Origin: Mobula hypostoma
Lineage: Eukaryota
NCBI RefSeq assembly: GCF_963921235.1
Contig: NC_086108.1
Span: forward strand, 106,208,001-106,272,000
Direction of reading: 5' to 3'
Length of the DNA: 64,000 nt
The notes under the pieces were generated by a model that was given only the letters and a program-made list of their open reading frames with translations, searched no databases and was not told the origin of the DNA. The position numbers were made by a program, and so were the translations under genes. Positions 1-12,867 of the stretch are shown here, in pieces (within the stretch, counting starts at the first letter, position 1; every line of letters begins with the position of its first letter).

Positions 1-520
1 CAACATATAATTCTCCATAACTTCCGCCACCTCCAACGTGATCCCACCACTAAGTACATCTTTCCATCACCCCACTTTCTGCTTTCCACAGGGATCGCTC
101 CCTACGCTACTCCCTTGTCCATTCATCTCCCCCATCCCTCTCCCTCCCAGCACTTATCCTTGTAAACAGAACAAGTGCTACACATGCCCTTACACTTCTT
201 CCCTCACCACCATTCAGGGCCCCAGACAGTCCTTCCAGGTGAGGCGACACTGCAGCTGTGAGTTGGCTGGGGTGAGATACTGCGTCCGAGGCTCCTGATG
301 CGGCCTTCTATATATTGACGAGACCCGACGCAGGCTGGGAGACCGTTTTGCTGAACACCTACGCTCTGTCCGCCAGAGAAAGCATGATCTCCCAGTGGCC
401 ACACATTTTAATTCCACATCCCATTCCCATTCTGATATGTCTATCATTTTGCCGAACACCTACACTCTGTCCGTCAGAAACGTCGACTGTACCTCTTCCT
501 ATAGATGCTGCATTCACCAG
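1..520 (+). mobile_element. Penelope-like element (PLE) 3' fragment, GIY-YIG endonuclease region, rearranged
   Basis: Translates to CKQNKCYTC...YCVR...YIDETRRRLGDRFAEHLRSV...VATHFN (degenerate GIY-YIG). Ends in GAAACGTCGACTGTACCTCTTCC, shared with the PLE copies at 26-27, 53-54 and 62 kb. Confidence 0.9.
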
Positions 521-529
521 TGAAATACA

Positions 530-808
530 TTGTTTGCGTCAATGACAAACACAGTCCGATGATACGTTGGTGGCAGCCCAAAGTGTTGCCACGCTCTGGT
601 ACCAACATAAAATGCCCAGAACTCACTAACTTTAACTCATATGTACGTCTTTGGAATGTAGGAGGAACCCAGAGCACCCATAGGAAACCTGCACAGTCAC
701 GGGGAGAATATACAAACTCCTTCTAGACTCCGGCAGGAATTAAATTCCTATTTGACAGGTGGTAATGCAATAACATTACTCTAACCGCTACACTGTCCTG
801 CTACCCCT
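530..808 (-). mobile_element. V-domain (HE1-type) tRNA-derived SINE, degraded
   Basis: Reverse strand reads GGAGTTTGTATATTCTCCCCGTGACTGTGCAGGTTTCC...TTCCAAAGACG, matching the recalled V-SINE core repeated elsewhere in the window. Confidence 0.7.
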
Positions 809-1084
809 AACTTATTTGCTCTCTTCCTCAGTTCTAATGTAGAATCTCAGATCCAAGCGTTAACTGTTTGTTTCTCCATAGATGCTGTCTGGCCTTCTGA
901 GTTTTTTTCGGTTTTCTTTTCTTTTATTTTAGATTTCGATCATTGATATTTTTAATATTTTAAATATTTGCTTTGATTCTCTGGGAAAATGTGAATAATT
1001 GAGTAGATTCTGGTGTGTTGATTTATTTTTAAGCAAAATATAACAATGTTTTAAGAATCTTTGAACTGATGCCAATGTTTACAG

Positions 1085-1181
1085 GAAGGGGTCCCAATGT
1101 TTCAAAGGAGCCCCAAGCCATCTGATTACATGGTTTGCCTCAATATTTACAGAACACCTCAGTATTGGCACAGTTTCCCAG
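1085..1181 (+). CDS. Candidate host exon, unidentified
   Basis: TTTACAG| acceptor and CCCAG|GTGAGT donor in non-repeat DNA. Two frames open: KGSQCFKGAPSHLITWFASIFTEHLSIGTVSQ and EGVPMFQRSPKPSDYMVCLNIYRTPQYWHSFP. Weak polypyrimidine tract. Confidence 0.3.
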
Positions 1182-1629
1182 GTGAGTGCCAATATTTGTA
1201 GGTAAATACAGGAGTTCGTTTCAACATTAACAGCTTTTCCTGCGTTGTTTCAGCATTCACAGGGGTCCTGCCTGGCAATGTATCTCAGTGTTAATAGTGG
1301 TTCCCAGCTCTCTGACGGTATTTAGAGGAACCCTGGGGAACCTCTGTCAATCTTAACAAGGTTTTCAGTACCTTGACATTGTTACAGAGGCCCCTGCTGC
1401 CTACAGGAGTCACTGAGTGTGTCTTGGTATCTATTGAGATTTCAACATCCACACCACTATTTGGAAGCGATGCTCAGGGTGTGGCAACTCTTGTGGGCGG
1501 CCACCAGCAAATACTCAGATTGTGTTGGTTATTAAGGCAAATGACATGTTACTTCGTAGGCTTCAAAGTACTTTAGACCATAAGATATAGAAGCAGAATT
1601 AGGTCATTCGGCCGATTGAATCTGCTCCA

Positions 1630-2192
1630 TGATTGTGTACAGTTCTGGTCACCGAATTATAGGAAAGATGTCAATAAAATAGAGAGAGTGCAGAGGAGAT
1701 TTACTAGAATGTTACCCAGGTTCCAGCACCTAAGTTACAGAGAAAGGTTGAACAAGTTGGGTCTTTATTCTTTGGAGCGTAGAAGGTTGGAGGGGGACTT
1801 GATAGAGGTATTTAAAATTATGAGGGGGATTGATAGAGTTGATGTGGATAGGCTTTTTCCATTGAGAGTGGGGAAGATTCAAACAAGAGGACATGAGTTG
1901 AGAGTTAAAGGGCAAAAGTTTAGGGGTAACATGAGGGGGAACTTCTTTACTCAGAGAGTGGTAGCTGTGTGGAACGAGCTTCCAGCAGAAGTGGTTGAGG
2001 CAGGTTTGATGTTGTTGTTTAAAGTTAAATTGGACAGATATATGGACAGGAAGGGAATGGAGGGTTATGGGCTGAGTGCAGGTCGGTGGGACTAGGTGAG
2101 AGTAAAATTCGGCACGGACTAGAAGGGCCGAGATGGCCTGTTTCCGTGCTGTAATTGTTTTATGATTATATATATATATATATATGGTTATA
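1630..2192 (+). mobile_element. CR1 LINE 3' end (ORF2 C-terminus and 3' UTR)
   Basis: CVQFWSP..ERVQRRFTRM..YSLERRRL.GDLIEVFKI..TRGH..FFTQRVV..WN, followed by a TA-rich tail. Confidence 0.92.
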
Positions 2193-2520
2193 TCATTTCA
2201 TGATGGCTGATTCATTTTCCCTCTCAGCCCCAATTTCCTGCCTTCTCATGGTATCCCTTCATGCCCCCAACTAATCAAAAATCTATTATACTGTGCCTTA
2301 AATATACATAAAGACATGGCTTCCCTTGCTGCCTGTGGCAATGAATTCCACAGATTCATTACACTCTGGCTAAAGAAATTCCTTTTTATCCACCATTCAA
2401 AAGGGACTCCCCTCTATTCTAAGGCTGTCCCCTCTGGTCTTATACTCCCCCACCATAGGAAATATCTTCTCCATATCCACTCTACTGAGTCCTTTCAACA
2501 TACAATATACAACATACATT

Positions 2521-4518
2521 CAATAGACAAAAGACAATAGGTGCAGGAGTAGGCTATTTGGCCCTTCGAGCCAGCACCGCCATTCACTGTGATCATGGCT
2601 GATCATCCACATTCAATACCCGTTCCTGCCTTCTCCCCATATCCCTTGACTCTGCTATCATTAAGAGCTCTATCTAACTCTTTCTTGAAAGAATCCAGAG
2701 AATTGGCCTCCACTGCCTTCTGAGGCAGAGCATTCCACAGATCCACAACTCTCTGGGTGAAAAAGTCTTTCCTCAACTCCGTTCTAAATGGCCTACCCCT
2801 TATTCTCAAATTGTGGCCTCTGGTTCTGGACTCCCCCAACATCTGGAACATGTCTCCTGCCTCTAGCGTGTCCAATCCCTTAATAATCTTATATGTTTCA
2901 ATCAGATCCCCTCTCATCCTTCTAAATTCCAGTGTATACAAGCCCAGTCGCTCCAATCTTTCAACATATGACAGTCCCGCCATCCCGGGAATTAACCTCG
3001 TGAGCCTCCGCAGCACTCCCTCAATAGCAAGAATGTCCTTCCTCAAATTTGGAGACCAAAACTGTACACAATACTCCAGGTGTGGTCTCACCTGGGCCCT
3101 GTACAACTGCAGGAGGACCTCTTTGCTCCTATACTCAACTCTCCTTGTTATGAAGGCCAGCATGCCATTAGCTTTCTTCACTGCCTGCTGTACCCGCATG
3201 CTTACTTTCAGCGACAGATGAACAAGGACACCTAGATCTCGTTGTACTTCCCCTTTTCCTAATTTGACACCATCCAAATAGTAATCTGCCTTCCTGTTCT
3301 TGCCACCAAAGTGAATAACCTCACAGTTATCCACATTAATCTGCATCTGCCATGCATCTGCCCACTCACCTAACCTGTCCAAGTCATCCTCTATTATCAC
3401 AACATCCTCCACACATTTCACACTGCCACCCAGCTTTGTGTCATCTACAAATTTGCTAATGTTACTTTTAATCCCTTCATCTAAATCATTAATGTATATT
3501 GTAAATAGCTGCGGTCCTAGCACCGAGCCTTGCGGTACCCCACTAGTCACTGCCTGCCATTCTGAAAGGGATCCGTTAATCCCTACTCTTTGTTTCCAGT
3601 CTGCCAACCAATTTTCTGTCCATGTCAGTACCCTACCTCCAATACCATGTGCTCTAATTTTGCCCACTAATCTCTTATATGGGACCTTGTCAAAGGATTT
3701 CTGAAAGTCCAGGTACACTACATCCACCAGCTTTCCCTTGTCCATTTTCATAGTTACAGCCTCAAAAAATTCCAGAAGATTAGTCAAGCATGATTTCCCC
3801 TTCGTAAATCCATGCTGACTCGGACCGATCCTGTTACTGCTATCCAAATGTGCCACTATTTCATTTTTTATAATTGACTCCAGAATCTTCCCCACCACTG
3901 ATGTCAGAACTAACTGGTCTATAATTCCCTGTTTTCTCTCTCCCTCCTTTCTTAAAAAGTGGGATAACATTAGCTACCCTCCAGTCCTCAGGAACTGTGT
4001 CTGAATCTATAGAACATTGGAAAATGATTACCAATACCTCCACGATTTCTAGAGCCAGCTCCTTAAGTACCCTGGGGTGCAGACCATCAGGCCCTGGGGA
4101 TTTATCAGCCTTCAGTCCCATCAGTCTATCCAACACCATTTTCTGCCTAATGTGAATCTCCTTCAGTTCCTCCATTACCCTAGGTCCTCCAGCCACTATT
4201 ACATCTGGGAGATTGTTGGTGTCTTCCCTAGTGAAGACAGATCCAAAGTACCTGTTCAACTTGTCTGCCATTTCCTTGTTCCCCATAATAAATTCACCCA
4301 TTTCTGTCTTCAAGGGCCCAACTTTGGTCTTAACTAATTTTTTTCCTTTTCACATACCTAAAGAAGCTTTTACTATCCTCCTTTATATTCTTGGCTAGCT
4401 TGCCTTCATATCTCATCTTTTCTCCCCGTATTGCCTTTTTAGTTATCCTCTGTTACTCTTTAAAAGCTTCCCAATCCTCTGGCTTCCTGCTCATCTTTGC
4501 TATGTTATACTTCTTTTT
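2521..4518 (-). mobile_element. CR1 LINE, 5'-truncated, reverse transcriptase to 3' end
   Basis: ORFs 3861-4313 and 2603-3970 (frameshifted): KSPGPDG, QHGFTKGKSCLTNL, YLDFQKSFDKV, GVPQGSVLGP, KFVDDTK. Confidence 0.95.
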
Positions 4519-4711
4519 TCAAAGACGTCACCCCTCATTCTTTTGAATTCCAGTGAGTAGAGGCCCAGAGCCATTAAACACACCTCAAATGATAGGCCTT
4601 TCAATCACAGAATCATTTTCGTAAACCTCCTTTGAACCTATTCCAATGTCACCACATTCTTTCTTAAATAAAGGGGCCAGATCTACCCGCAAATTTGGCA
4701 CAGATAGTTTT

Positions 4712-5510
4712 GAGGGGCAGGTGGTTTAGATAGTTTAGGAGAATGGGCAAAGAAGTGGCAGATGGAATACAGTGTAAGGAAATGTATAATGAAAGTGTTG
4801 ACTATTTTCTAAATGGAGAGAAAATACAAAAACCTGAGGTGCCAAAGGTTTTGGGAGGTCTTGTGCAGGATTCCCTAAAGGTTAATTTGCAGGTTGAGTT
4901 TGTGGTGAGAAGGTAAATGCGATGTTAGCATTCATTTCAAGAGAACTAGAATATAAAAGCAAGGATGCAATGTTGAGACTTTATAAAGCACTGGTGAGGC
5001 TCCACTTGGAGTACTTTGTGCAAGTTTGGGCCTTTTATCTTAGAAAGGATGTGCTGAAACTAGAGAGGGTTCAATGGAAGTTCATGAAAATGATTCCAGG
5101 ATTAAACTGCTTCTCATATCTTCATAAGGTTTGATGGCTCTGGGCCTGTATTCACTGGAATTCAGACAAATGGGGTATGACCTAATTAAAACCTATTGAA
5201 TGGTGAAAGGCCATTCCCTAATGATAGAGTGGACGTGGAGAGGATGCTTCCTTTGTTGAGAGTGTCTAAGACCAGAAGACACAGCCTCAGAATAGAGGGG
5301 CATCCATTTAGAACTGAGATGAGGAGTAATTTCTTTAGCTAGAGAGTGGTGAATCTGTGGAATTTATTGTCAAAGGAAACTGCAGAGGCCAAGTCGTCAT
5401 GTATGTTTAAAGCAAAGATTCTTGATTGGTCAGGGCATGAAGGGTAACGGGCGAAGGCAGGAGATTGGGGATGAGCCAAATTGCCTAATTCTGCTCCTAT
5501 ATCTTATAGT
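4712..5510 (+). mobile_element. CR1 LINE 3' fragment, degraded
   Basis: MLAFISRELEYKSKDAMLRLYKALVR.HLEY (ORF 4922-5134) plus CR1 3' UTR. Confidence 0.85.
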
Positions 5511-6129
5511 AGTACAATACTCCAAGTGAGGCCTCACCAATGTTTTATAAAGCCTCAACATTACATCCTTTATATTCTAGTCCTCTCGAAATGAATGCTG
5601 ACATATTTGCTTTCCTCACCACCACCTTAACTTGTAAATTAACCTTTAGGGAATCCTGCACAAGGACTCCCAAATCCCTTTGCACTTCAGATCGAGTGTT
5701 CTCTCCATTTAGAAAATAGTCTGCGCCTTTATTTCTTCCACCAAAGTGCATGACCGTACACTTCCCGACACTGTAATCCATCTGCCACCTCTTTGCCCAT
5801 TCTCCTTCTGGAATCTCCTGGCTTCTTCATTTGAAAGACACTTAAATCCATACATAGACAGGAAAGATTTAGAGTAATATGCAACAAATGAAAGTAAGTG
5901 GGACTATCTTAGATGTGCATGAAATTTGGCATGAACCAAGATGCCCATCTGAGCTAGTCCTACTTGCTTGCATTTAGTCGAAAGGCAGGTTTCTGTGCTG
6001 TATTACGCAGTGATTCCATGTCGCTCATTATGAATCTCAAGATCTCATGACCTTCACATCTCTCTCAACATGTTCTACCACTTTCAAAGTGGCACACATA
6101 TACTAAAAGGCAGTACCTTACAAAAAATA

Positions 6130-6760
6130 TTGGATATAGCCCAGTCCATCACTGGTAAAGCCCTCCCCACCATGGAGAACATCTACGTGGAGTATTGTCA
6201 TAGGAAAGCAGAATCCATGATCAAGGACCCTCCAAAACACATGAAATAGAAGGTACAGGAGCCTCAGGACTCACACCACCAGGTTCAGTTACTCCTCCAC
6301 CATCACCCTCTTGAACCAAAGGAGATAACTTCACTCAACTTCACTTGTCCTATCATTCAAATGTTCCCACAACCTATAGACTCACTTTCAAGGATTCTTC
6401 ATCTCAGGTTCTTGTGTGTCTTTTACACTCTGGTTGAGTGCCAAGTTGGTCTGGTCTTTCATTCATTCTGTTATGGTTATTATGATAGTTTGTGGGACTC
6501 TGACTCTAAACCTGGATCAGGCTTGTATTTTTAGTAAGGTAAGGTATTATTATTATTATTATTACTTTTTTCCCTTTCTATTTGCACTGTTTTTTAGCTT
6601 CTACACACTGGTTTTCCACCCTGTTAGTGCAATCTTTCATTTATTGTATTATGGTTATTATATTTATTGAGTATGCGACAAAAATTGAACTTTGGGGTTG
6701 TTATGGTGACATATATGTACTGTGATGATAAATTTACTTTGAATTTTTGAACTTTGAACA
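6130..6760 (+). mobile_element. Rex1/Babar-type LINE 3' fragment
   Basis: AGGTACAGGAGCCTCAGGACTCACACCACCAGGTTCAG (RYRSL.T.TTRF) and the tail GATAAATTTACTTTGAA..TTGAACTTTGAA shared with many copies. Confidence 0.7.
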
Positions 6761-7454
6761 AATTTCTTGGGCCCTCTGTTCTTGAACACCCTTTAGAGTT
6801 GTGCCTTTTGGTCTAAATCATCTCTTGTTATTCCTTATGTTGGTGTTCATCACTTCACAGTTCTCCATGTTGACTTCCACTCACTGCTTGTCACCCCACA
6901 GCCAGCCTCTCAATATCTTCTCACATTTATTAATTAAACTAGAATAAAAACATTATTGATTAAGTTCCTAATCGTGGAAAAATATTTGGCAACTAATGCT
7001 CTTAATGTGGGAAATCTGGCGCATTCTAGCATACAAGTGACTTGAGGAATCAATGAAGTTACTTCCAAACTACCTTCTAAAATAACTTCTGAGTTCATGG
7101 CGAAACTCACGGATGGACAATAAAGATAAGATTAGCTTTATTTGTCACATATTCAAATTCAAGTTTATGGTCATTCAACCATACACATGTAAACGAAACA
7201 TTGTTCTTCCAGACCTAAGGTGCAAAATTCAATAAATACCATCACACACACAGCACAGTACATAACACATACAATTAAAACAGCACCTACGGTCACTAAA
7301 AAAAAAGGTTAGAATTAGCCCAGGTCTCTGAGTGTCATGGCCTGAAGATTGATGGTGCATGGGATGTTGTCCTGAAGCCATGTTTCTGCAAGTACAAGCA
7401 CACAGCAGTTCCTAATTATGAATTAGTGCAGCCACCGTTGGGTCTATCAAAACA

Positions 7455-8190
7455 TTTAGTAAAATGCACTGGTAGGGTACTGAGGAGTGTGGTAGAACAA
7501 AGGTATCTGGGAATACAGGTCCAAAATTCATAGAAAGTAATAGGATTACAAGGAAAACTTCTGGCTCATCGGCCTTCATAAAGCAGTGGATTGAGTACAG
7601 GAAATGGGATGTTATATTGACATAATATAAGACATTGGTGAGGACTAATTTGAAGTATTGTGAGCAGTTTTAGTCACCAACCAACAGGAAAGATGTAAAC
7701 AAGTCTGAAAGACTACAGAGAAAATTTATGAGGATGTTGCTGGGTCTGGACGATCTGAGTTATAAGAAAAGATTGAATAAGTTATGACTGTACTCTTTAG
7801 ATTACGGAAGAATGAGAGGAGATTTAATAGAGGTATAGAAAATCATGAGGGGTCTAGATAGGGTAAATGAAAGCAGGCTTTTTCCATTGAGGTCGGGTGG
7901 TACTACAAATAGAGATCATAGGTTAAAGGTGAAAGGTGAAAAGGAACACAAGGGAAAACCTTTTCACTCAGAGGGTTGTGAGAGTGTGGAATGAGCTGCC
8001 AGCACAAGTAGTGGACACAAGCTCGTTTTCAACATTTAAGAGGAGTTTGGATAGGTGCATGGATGGTAAGGGTATGGAGGGCTATTGTCCCGGTGCAGGT
8101 TGATGGGAATAGGTAGTTTCAATGGTTCAGCTCAAACTGGATGGGCCAAAGGGCATGTTTCTGCGCTGTATTTTTCTACGACTCCACGAC
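7455..8190 (+). mobile_element. CR1 LINE 3' fragment, degraded
   Basis: Decayed LYKTLVR..LEYC.QF, RRMRGDLIEVYKIMRG and RVVRVWNELP coding signature; CR1 3' UTR. Confidence 0.8.
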
Positions 8191-8871
8191 TCTTTTACTT
8201 CAAATGAAAAGCCCTCGCTAGCTGAATTTATCTTCATAAGACAAGCTCTTAAATCCAGGCAGCGTCCTGACAAATGGGAGTAGGCAGTTTAATGGTTTTG
8301 GCATGGTCTAGGTGAGGCAAAAAGCTTGTTTCTATGCTGTAGTTTTCTATAACTCAGCATTATTGTTTCTTGTGATGTGCTAGGGAGCAGCCCGTAAGAT
8401 CCGCCACTCTTCCAACATCAACATAGCATGCCCACAAACCAGAAGATGCCCATAAAAAACAGTGAACGTCCATGTTCGAGTGTTGCGAAACTGAGGTGGG
8501 TGTATAAAGTCAAGATGTGACCAAGTCCAATCTAAATCAGAGACAGAATGGACTCTTGGGTTTTCTTAGCCAGTCTTTCTCCTATGTTCTCAAGCAAACA
8601 CCAGACAGACTGCCTAAAGGGACGAGTCTGATTGCAAAGAAAAGAACTCAGTTCAATTTTATATATTATTACAGCTGCAGAATATCCCTTTGTAACACAA
8701 AATCTGCACACACCATTAGGGGCAGATTTCCTGAAAGATCAGGTCAATGTTTTGACTTGGTGAAAAACTGTCTAATAATTTAGAGATACATAAAATTTTA
8801 AAAATCACATGTGCCATGAGGTGCTGAATATTTTCTGACAGCTGAGAGCGATTTTGTTTTTTTTTATGAAG

Positions 8872-8950
8872 TATTTGAGATCCACATCTCATTTTATATT
8901 GGAAAGAATATGCAATTGGATTTTGACTGATGCCTGCGGAGTTTATACGC
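8872..8950 (+). CDS. Weak candidate host exon
   Basis: T-rich tract ending ATGAAG|, donor ACGC|GTAAGT, one open frame (YLRSTSHFILERICNWILTDACGVYT). No recognised homology. Confidence 0.2.
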
Positions 8951-9253
8951 GTAAGTAGACAAGGGAGGTGATTGCCTGTTCCTTACTCTGTTGTTTCAGG
9001 CTAAATAAATATTCTAGTTTGCAAGCTCATCAGATAAATATGGAGGATCAAAGGCTATTCAGGTCAATAAGAACTCATCTGTCCAACACAACACCTTCAT
9101 TCATTCTCAGCGTATCAGGCTCTCTGTCTTTTGTTGAACTGAGAAGGTTTTCTTTCTTATTTATGACTATTTGGAAGACAGGGAGTTGCAGGCTGCATTC
9201 ATTTCCTACTCAATGTCAATATCAACTGAGTTTGTTGTCACAGCATATGTACA

Positions 9254-9715
9254 GGTTCCATAAGGTTGTCATTGCCGAGGAGGGGGATAAGCTCCCACTA
9301 CCTACTAAATGCTCCCAATGCCGTGCGTCTTAAATAGTCTCTGACAACCGAGCCCTGCTCCTGGCCTTCACATGTGGCTTAGCTACTAAGTCCAGCGGAA
9401 CCATTTCTACTGACAGGAAAATGTGCAAAGGTGAGTTACCAGAACTTCGGGCAGATGGGGCTCATCAGCCGTGGTTGGCTGCTCATCTAAGAGTAGGAAA
9501 ACTCTGATCTCAAATATCCACAGCCTTGCAGCCACTCCATGTCCACTCATGGGGATGACTTTGGATGTAACCCCAGAAGAAAACTCCACAACTGCATGGA
9601 GAGGTGGAGCCTGCTGCATTGGCTGCAGTTTGCTTTCCATATCGTACTATACTACCCTGGCTTGCATATTGACTGAACATGGACAGCTAGGAATCGATAT
9701 CTATGGGTCGAGCTC
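9254..9715 (+). mobile_element. Non-autonomous RTE derivative (5' UTR plus short 3' tail)
   Basis: Aligns by eye with the 5' UTR of the RTE at 21905-22510 (CTCCTGGCCTTCACATGTGGC..., GGCAGATGGGGCTC, GGAAAACTCTGATCTCAAA). Confidence 0.8.
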
Positions 9716-9804
9716 CTCATGTGTGCACAAATGCAATGGAAAACGAAGTTGCAGCAGCATCACAGGTATATAGCATTGAAGACACTACATTCACAAGGAA
9801 AACA

Positions 9805-9910
9805 TACACTCAGTGGCCACTTCATTAGGTACACCTGTACACCTGCTTATTAATGCAAATATCTAATCAGCCAATCATGTGGCAACAACTCAACACAAAA
9901 AGCATGCAGT
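9805..9910. mobile_element. Tc1/mariner-like MITE terminal fragment
   Basis: TA-CACTCAGTGGCCACTTCATTAGGTACACC terminus, shared with the copies at 12.4, 27.8 and 33.8 kb. Confidence 0.7.
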
Positions 9911-9994
9911 AGTCAGAATAAAGTGGGCACTAAGTTTAAATTATACCTGAAATAAAACAATTAGAACAAAAAATATAAAGCACCAAGTGTTCAT

Positions 9995-11975
9995 AGTGTT
10001 GAGTACAAAAGTTGGGATTTTATGTTGAAGTTGCCTAATACATTGGTGAGGCCAAATTTCGGGTATTGTGTGCAATTCTGTTCACTTCTTACAGGCAAGA
10101 TATCAATAAAATTGAAAGAGTGCAGAGAAAATTTAGAAGGATGTTGCCAGATCTTGAGGATCTTAGTGGTAGGGAAAGATTGAATAAATTAGTATTTCAC
10201 TCTCTGGAGCTTGGGGGAATGAGGAGAGATTTGATTGAGATATACAAAATTATGAGGGATATAGATAGGGTAAATGCAAGCACCGAGATTGGATGAAACT
10301 AGAGCTAGAGGCCATAGGTTAAGGGTGAAAGTTGAAAGGAGAAAGGGGAACATAGGGGGGAATATTTTACTCAGAGGTTTATGAGGGTGTGGAATGAGCT
10401 GCCAGCAGAAGTAATCGACGCGGGTTCGATTTTAACATTTAAGAGAACTTTCAATAGGTACATGAATAAGACCATAAGACAATAAGACAAAGGAGCAGAA
10501 GTCAGCCATTCGGCCCATCGAGTATGCTCCGCCACTCTATCATGAGCTGATCCATTCTCCCATTTAGTCCCACTCGCCCGCCTTCTCACTATAACCTTTG
10601 ATGCCCTGGCTACTCAGATACTTATCAATCTCTGCCTTCAATACACCCAATGACTTGGCCTCCACTGCCACCTGTGGCAACAAATTCCATAGATTCACCA
10701 CCTTCTGGCTAAAAAAATCTCTTCGCATTTCTGTTCTGAATGGGTGCCCTTCAATCCTTAAGTCATGCCCTCTCGTACTAGACTCCCCCATCATGGGAAA
10801 CAACTTTGTCACATCCACTCTGTCCATGCATTTCAACATTCGAAATGTTTCTATGAGGTCTCCCCTCAGTCTTCTAAACTCTAAGGAATACAGTCCAAGA
10901 GCGGACAAACGTTCCTCATATGTTAACCCTCTCATTCCTGGAATCATTTGAGTGAATCTTCTCTGTACTCTCTCCAACGTCAGCACATCCTTTCTTAAAT
11001 ACGGAGACCAAATCTGACCACAGTATTCAGGTGAGGTCTCACCAGCGCCTTATATAGCCTCAACATCACATCCCTGCTCCTATTCTCTATTCCTCTAGAA
11101 ATGAATGCCAACATTGCATTTGCCTTCTTCACCACTGACTCAACCTGGAGGTTAACCTTAAGGGTATCCTGTACGAGGACTCCCAAGTCCCGTTGCATCT
11201 CAGAACTTTGAATTCTTTCCCCATTTAAATAATAGTCTGCCCGTTTATTTTTTCTGCCAAAGTGCATAACCATACACTTTCCAACATTGTACTTCATTTG
11301 TCACTTCTCTGCCCATTCTTCCAATCTATCCAAGTCTCTCTGCAGACTCTCTGTTTCCTCAGCACTACCAGCCCCTCCACCTATCTTCATATCGTCAGCA
11401 AACTTATCCACAAAGCCATCTATTCCATAATCCAAATTGCTGATGTACAACATAAAAAGAAGCGGCCCCAGCACGGACCCCTGTGGAACACCACTGGTAA
11501 CCGGCAGCCAACCAGAATAGAATCCCTTTATTCCCACTCTCTGTTTCCTGCCAATCAGCCAACGCGCTATCCACGTATGTAACTTTCCCGAATTTCCATG
11601 GGCTCTTATCTTGTTAAGTAGCCTCATGTGTGGCACCTTGTCAAAGGCCTTCTGAAAATCCAAATATACAACATCCACTGCATCTCCCTTTTCTAGCCTA
11701 CTGGTAATTTCCTCAAAAAATTGGAATAGGTTTGTCAGGCAGGATTTTCCTTTAAGGAATCCATGCTGAGTTCTGCCTATCTTGTCATATGCCTCCAGGT
11801 ACTCTGTAACCTCATCCTTGACAATCAACTCCAACAACTTCCCAACAATAGGGGGGCAATGAAGGGCTATGGTCCAGATGAGTGTCGATGGGACTAGGTA
11901 GAATAGCAGTTCATCACAGACTACATGGGCTGAAGATCTGTTTCTATGCAGCAATGCTCTTTGGCTCTGTGACTC
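9995..11975 (+). mobile_element. Old CR1 3' fragment interrupted by a younger CR1
   Basis: ORF 10066-10296 (ERVQRKF.RMLP). The sequence resumes at ~11847 (GAAGGGCTATGGTCC...GGGACTAG). Confidence 0.8.
10470..11846 (-). mobile_element. CR1 LINE, RT to 3' end
   Basis: ORFs 11301-11954, 10995-11297 and 10564-10986: QHGFLKGKSCLTN, GVPQGSVLGP, KFADD. Tail TCTTATTGTCTTATGGTCTT. Confidence 0.95.
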
Positions 11976-12369
11976 TAGAGTTGCTATGCTGAGGTGGTGA
12001 TTAGGGGTGAATAGATTGGTCCAGGAAGTGAATGGTCGAAGAGAAGTAACTACTCTTGAATTTGGTGGTGTGGGACTTCAGGCTTCTGTACCTCTAGCCC
12101 TATGGTAGGTGTGAGAAGATGGCATGTCCTGGATGGTAGGGATCTCTGATGATAGACGGTGCCTCAGGCAGATACAACCAATGGTCGGGAGGGATGTGTC
12201 TGTGATATTCCTGGTCTCATTTCTGCACTCCCTCAAATTAAGTGGTTATTACTGTGTTGAATTAAGATTCAGCCATGTTGCCATGGTCAGAAGTCATATA
12301 TCATCAAGACCAGGAAAGTATGGCAGATTTCTTCCCCCAGAGGACATTTGTGAGACTACCTGGTGAACA

Positions 12370-12867
12370 CCCAGTGATCACTTCCTCCTGTACTTCATAA
12401 AGTAGCGACTGAGTGTATGTTTGTGGTCTTCTGCTGCTGTCATTCAAAGATGCTCTTCTGTACACCACCGTTGTAATGAGTGGTTACTTGAGTTACTGTA
12501 ATCTTGAATCAGTCTGGGCATTCTCCTCTGACCTCTATCATTAACAAAGCATTTTCAGCTGCAGAACTGCCACTCACTGGATCTTTTTTTGTTTTTTGCC
12601 CCATGCTCTGTAAACTCTAGAGACAGTTGTGCGTGAAAATCCCAGGAGATCAGCAGTTTCTGAGATACTCAAACCACCCTGTCTGGCACCAACAATCATT
12701 CCACAGTCAAATGTGCTCAGATCAGATTCTTCCCCCATTCTGATGTTTTGTCTGAGCAACAAGTGATCCTTTTAACCATGTCTGTATGTTTTTATGCATT
12801 GAGTTGCTGCCACATCATTGGCTGATTTCCATTAACCAGCAGGTATACAGGTGTGCCACTGAGTGTA
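12370..12867 (-). mobile_element. Tc1-like non-autonomous element
   Basis: Minus-strand DLSTFDCGMIVGARQGGLSISETADLLGFSRTTVSRVY (Tc1 transposase HTH remnant); ends GCCACTGAGTGTA. Confidence 0.85.

Larger units (their letters stand above)
1575..5810 (-). mobile_element. Old CR1 LINE 3' portion split by three younger CR1 insertions
   Basis: Collinear pieces at ~1575-1629, 2193-2510, 4519-4690 and 5511-5810 (ORF 5545-5781: KCTVMHFG...QRDLGVLVQDSLKV). Confidence 0.8.

Noticed and set aside
2603..3970. 455-aa ORF as a host gene
   Set aside because: CR1 reverse transcriptase fragment, frameshifted upstream and 5'-truncated.
9000..9062. Possible exon LNKYSSLQAHQINMEDQRLFR after a good TTTCAG acceptor
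   Set aside because: Donor AG|GTCAAT is weak. Joining it to 8872-8950 needs a 49-nt intron and produces an immediate stop.
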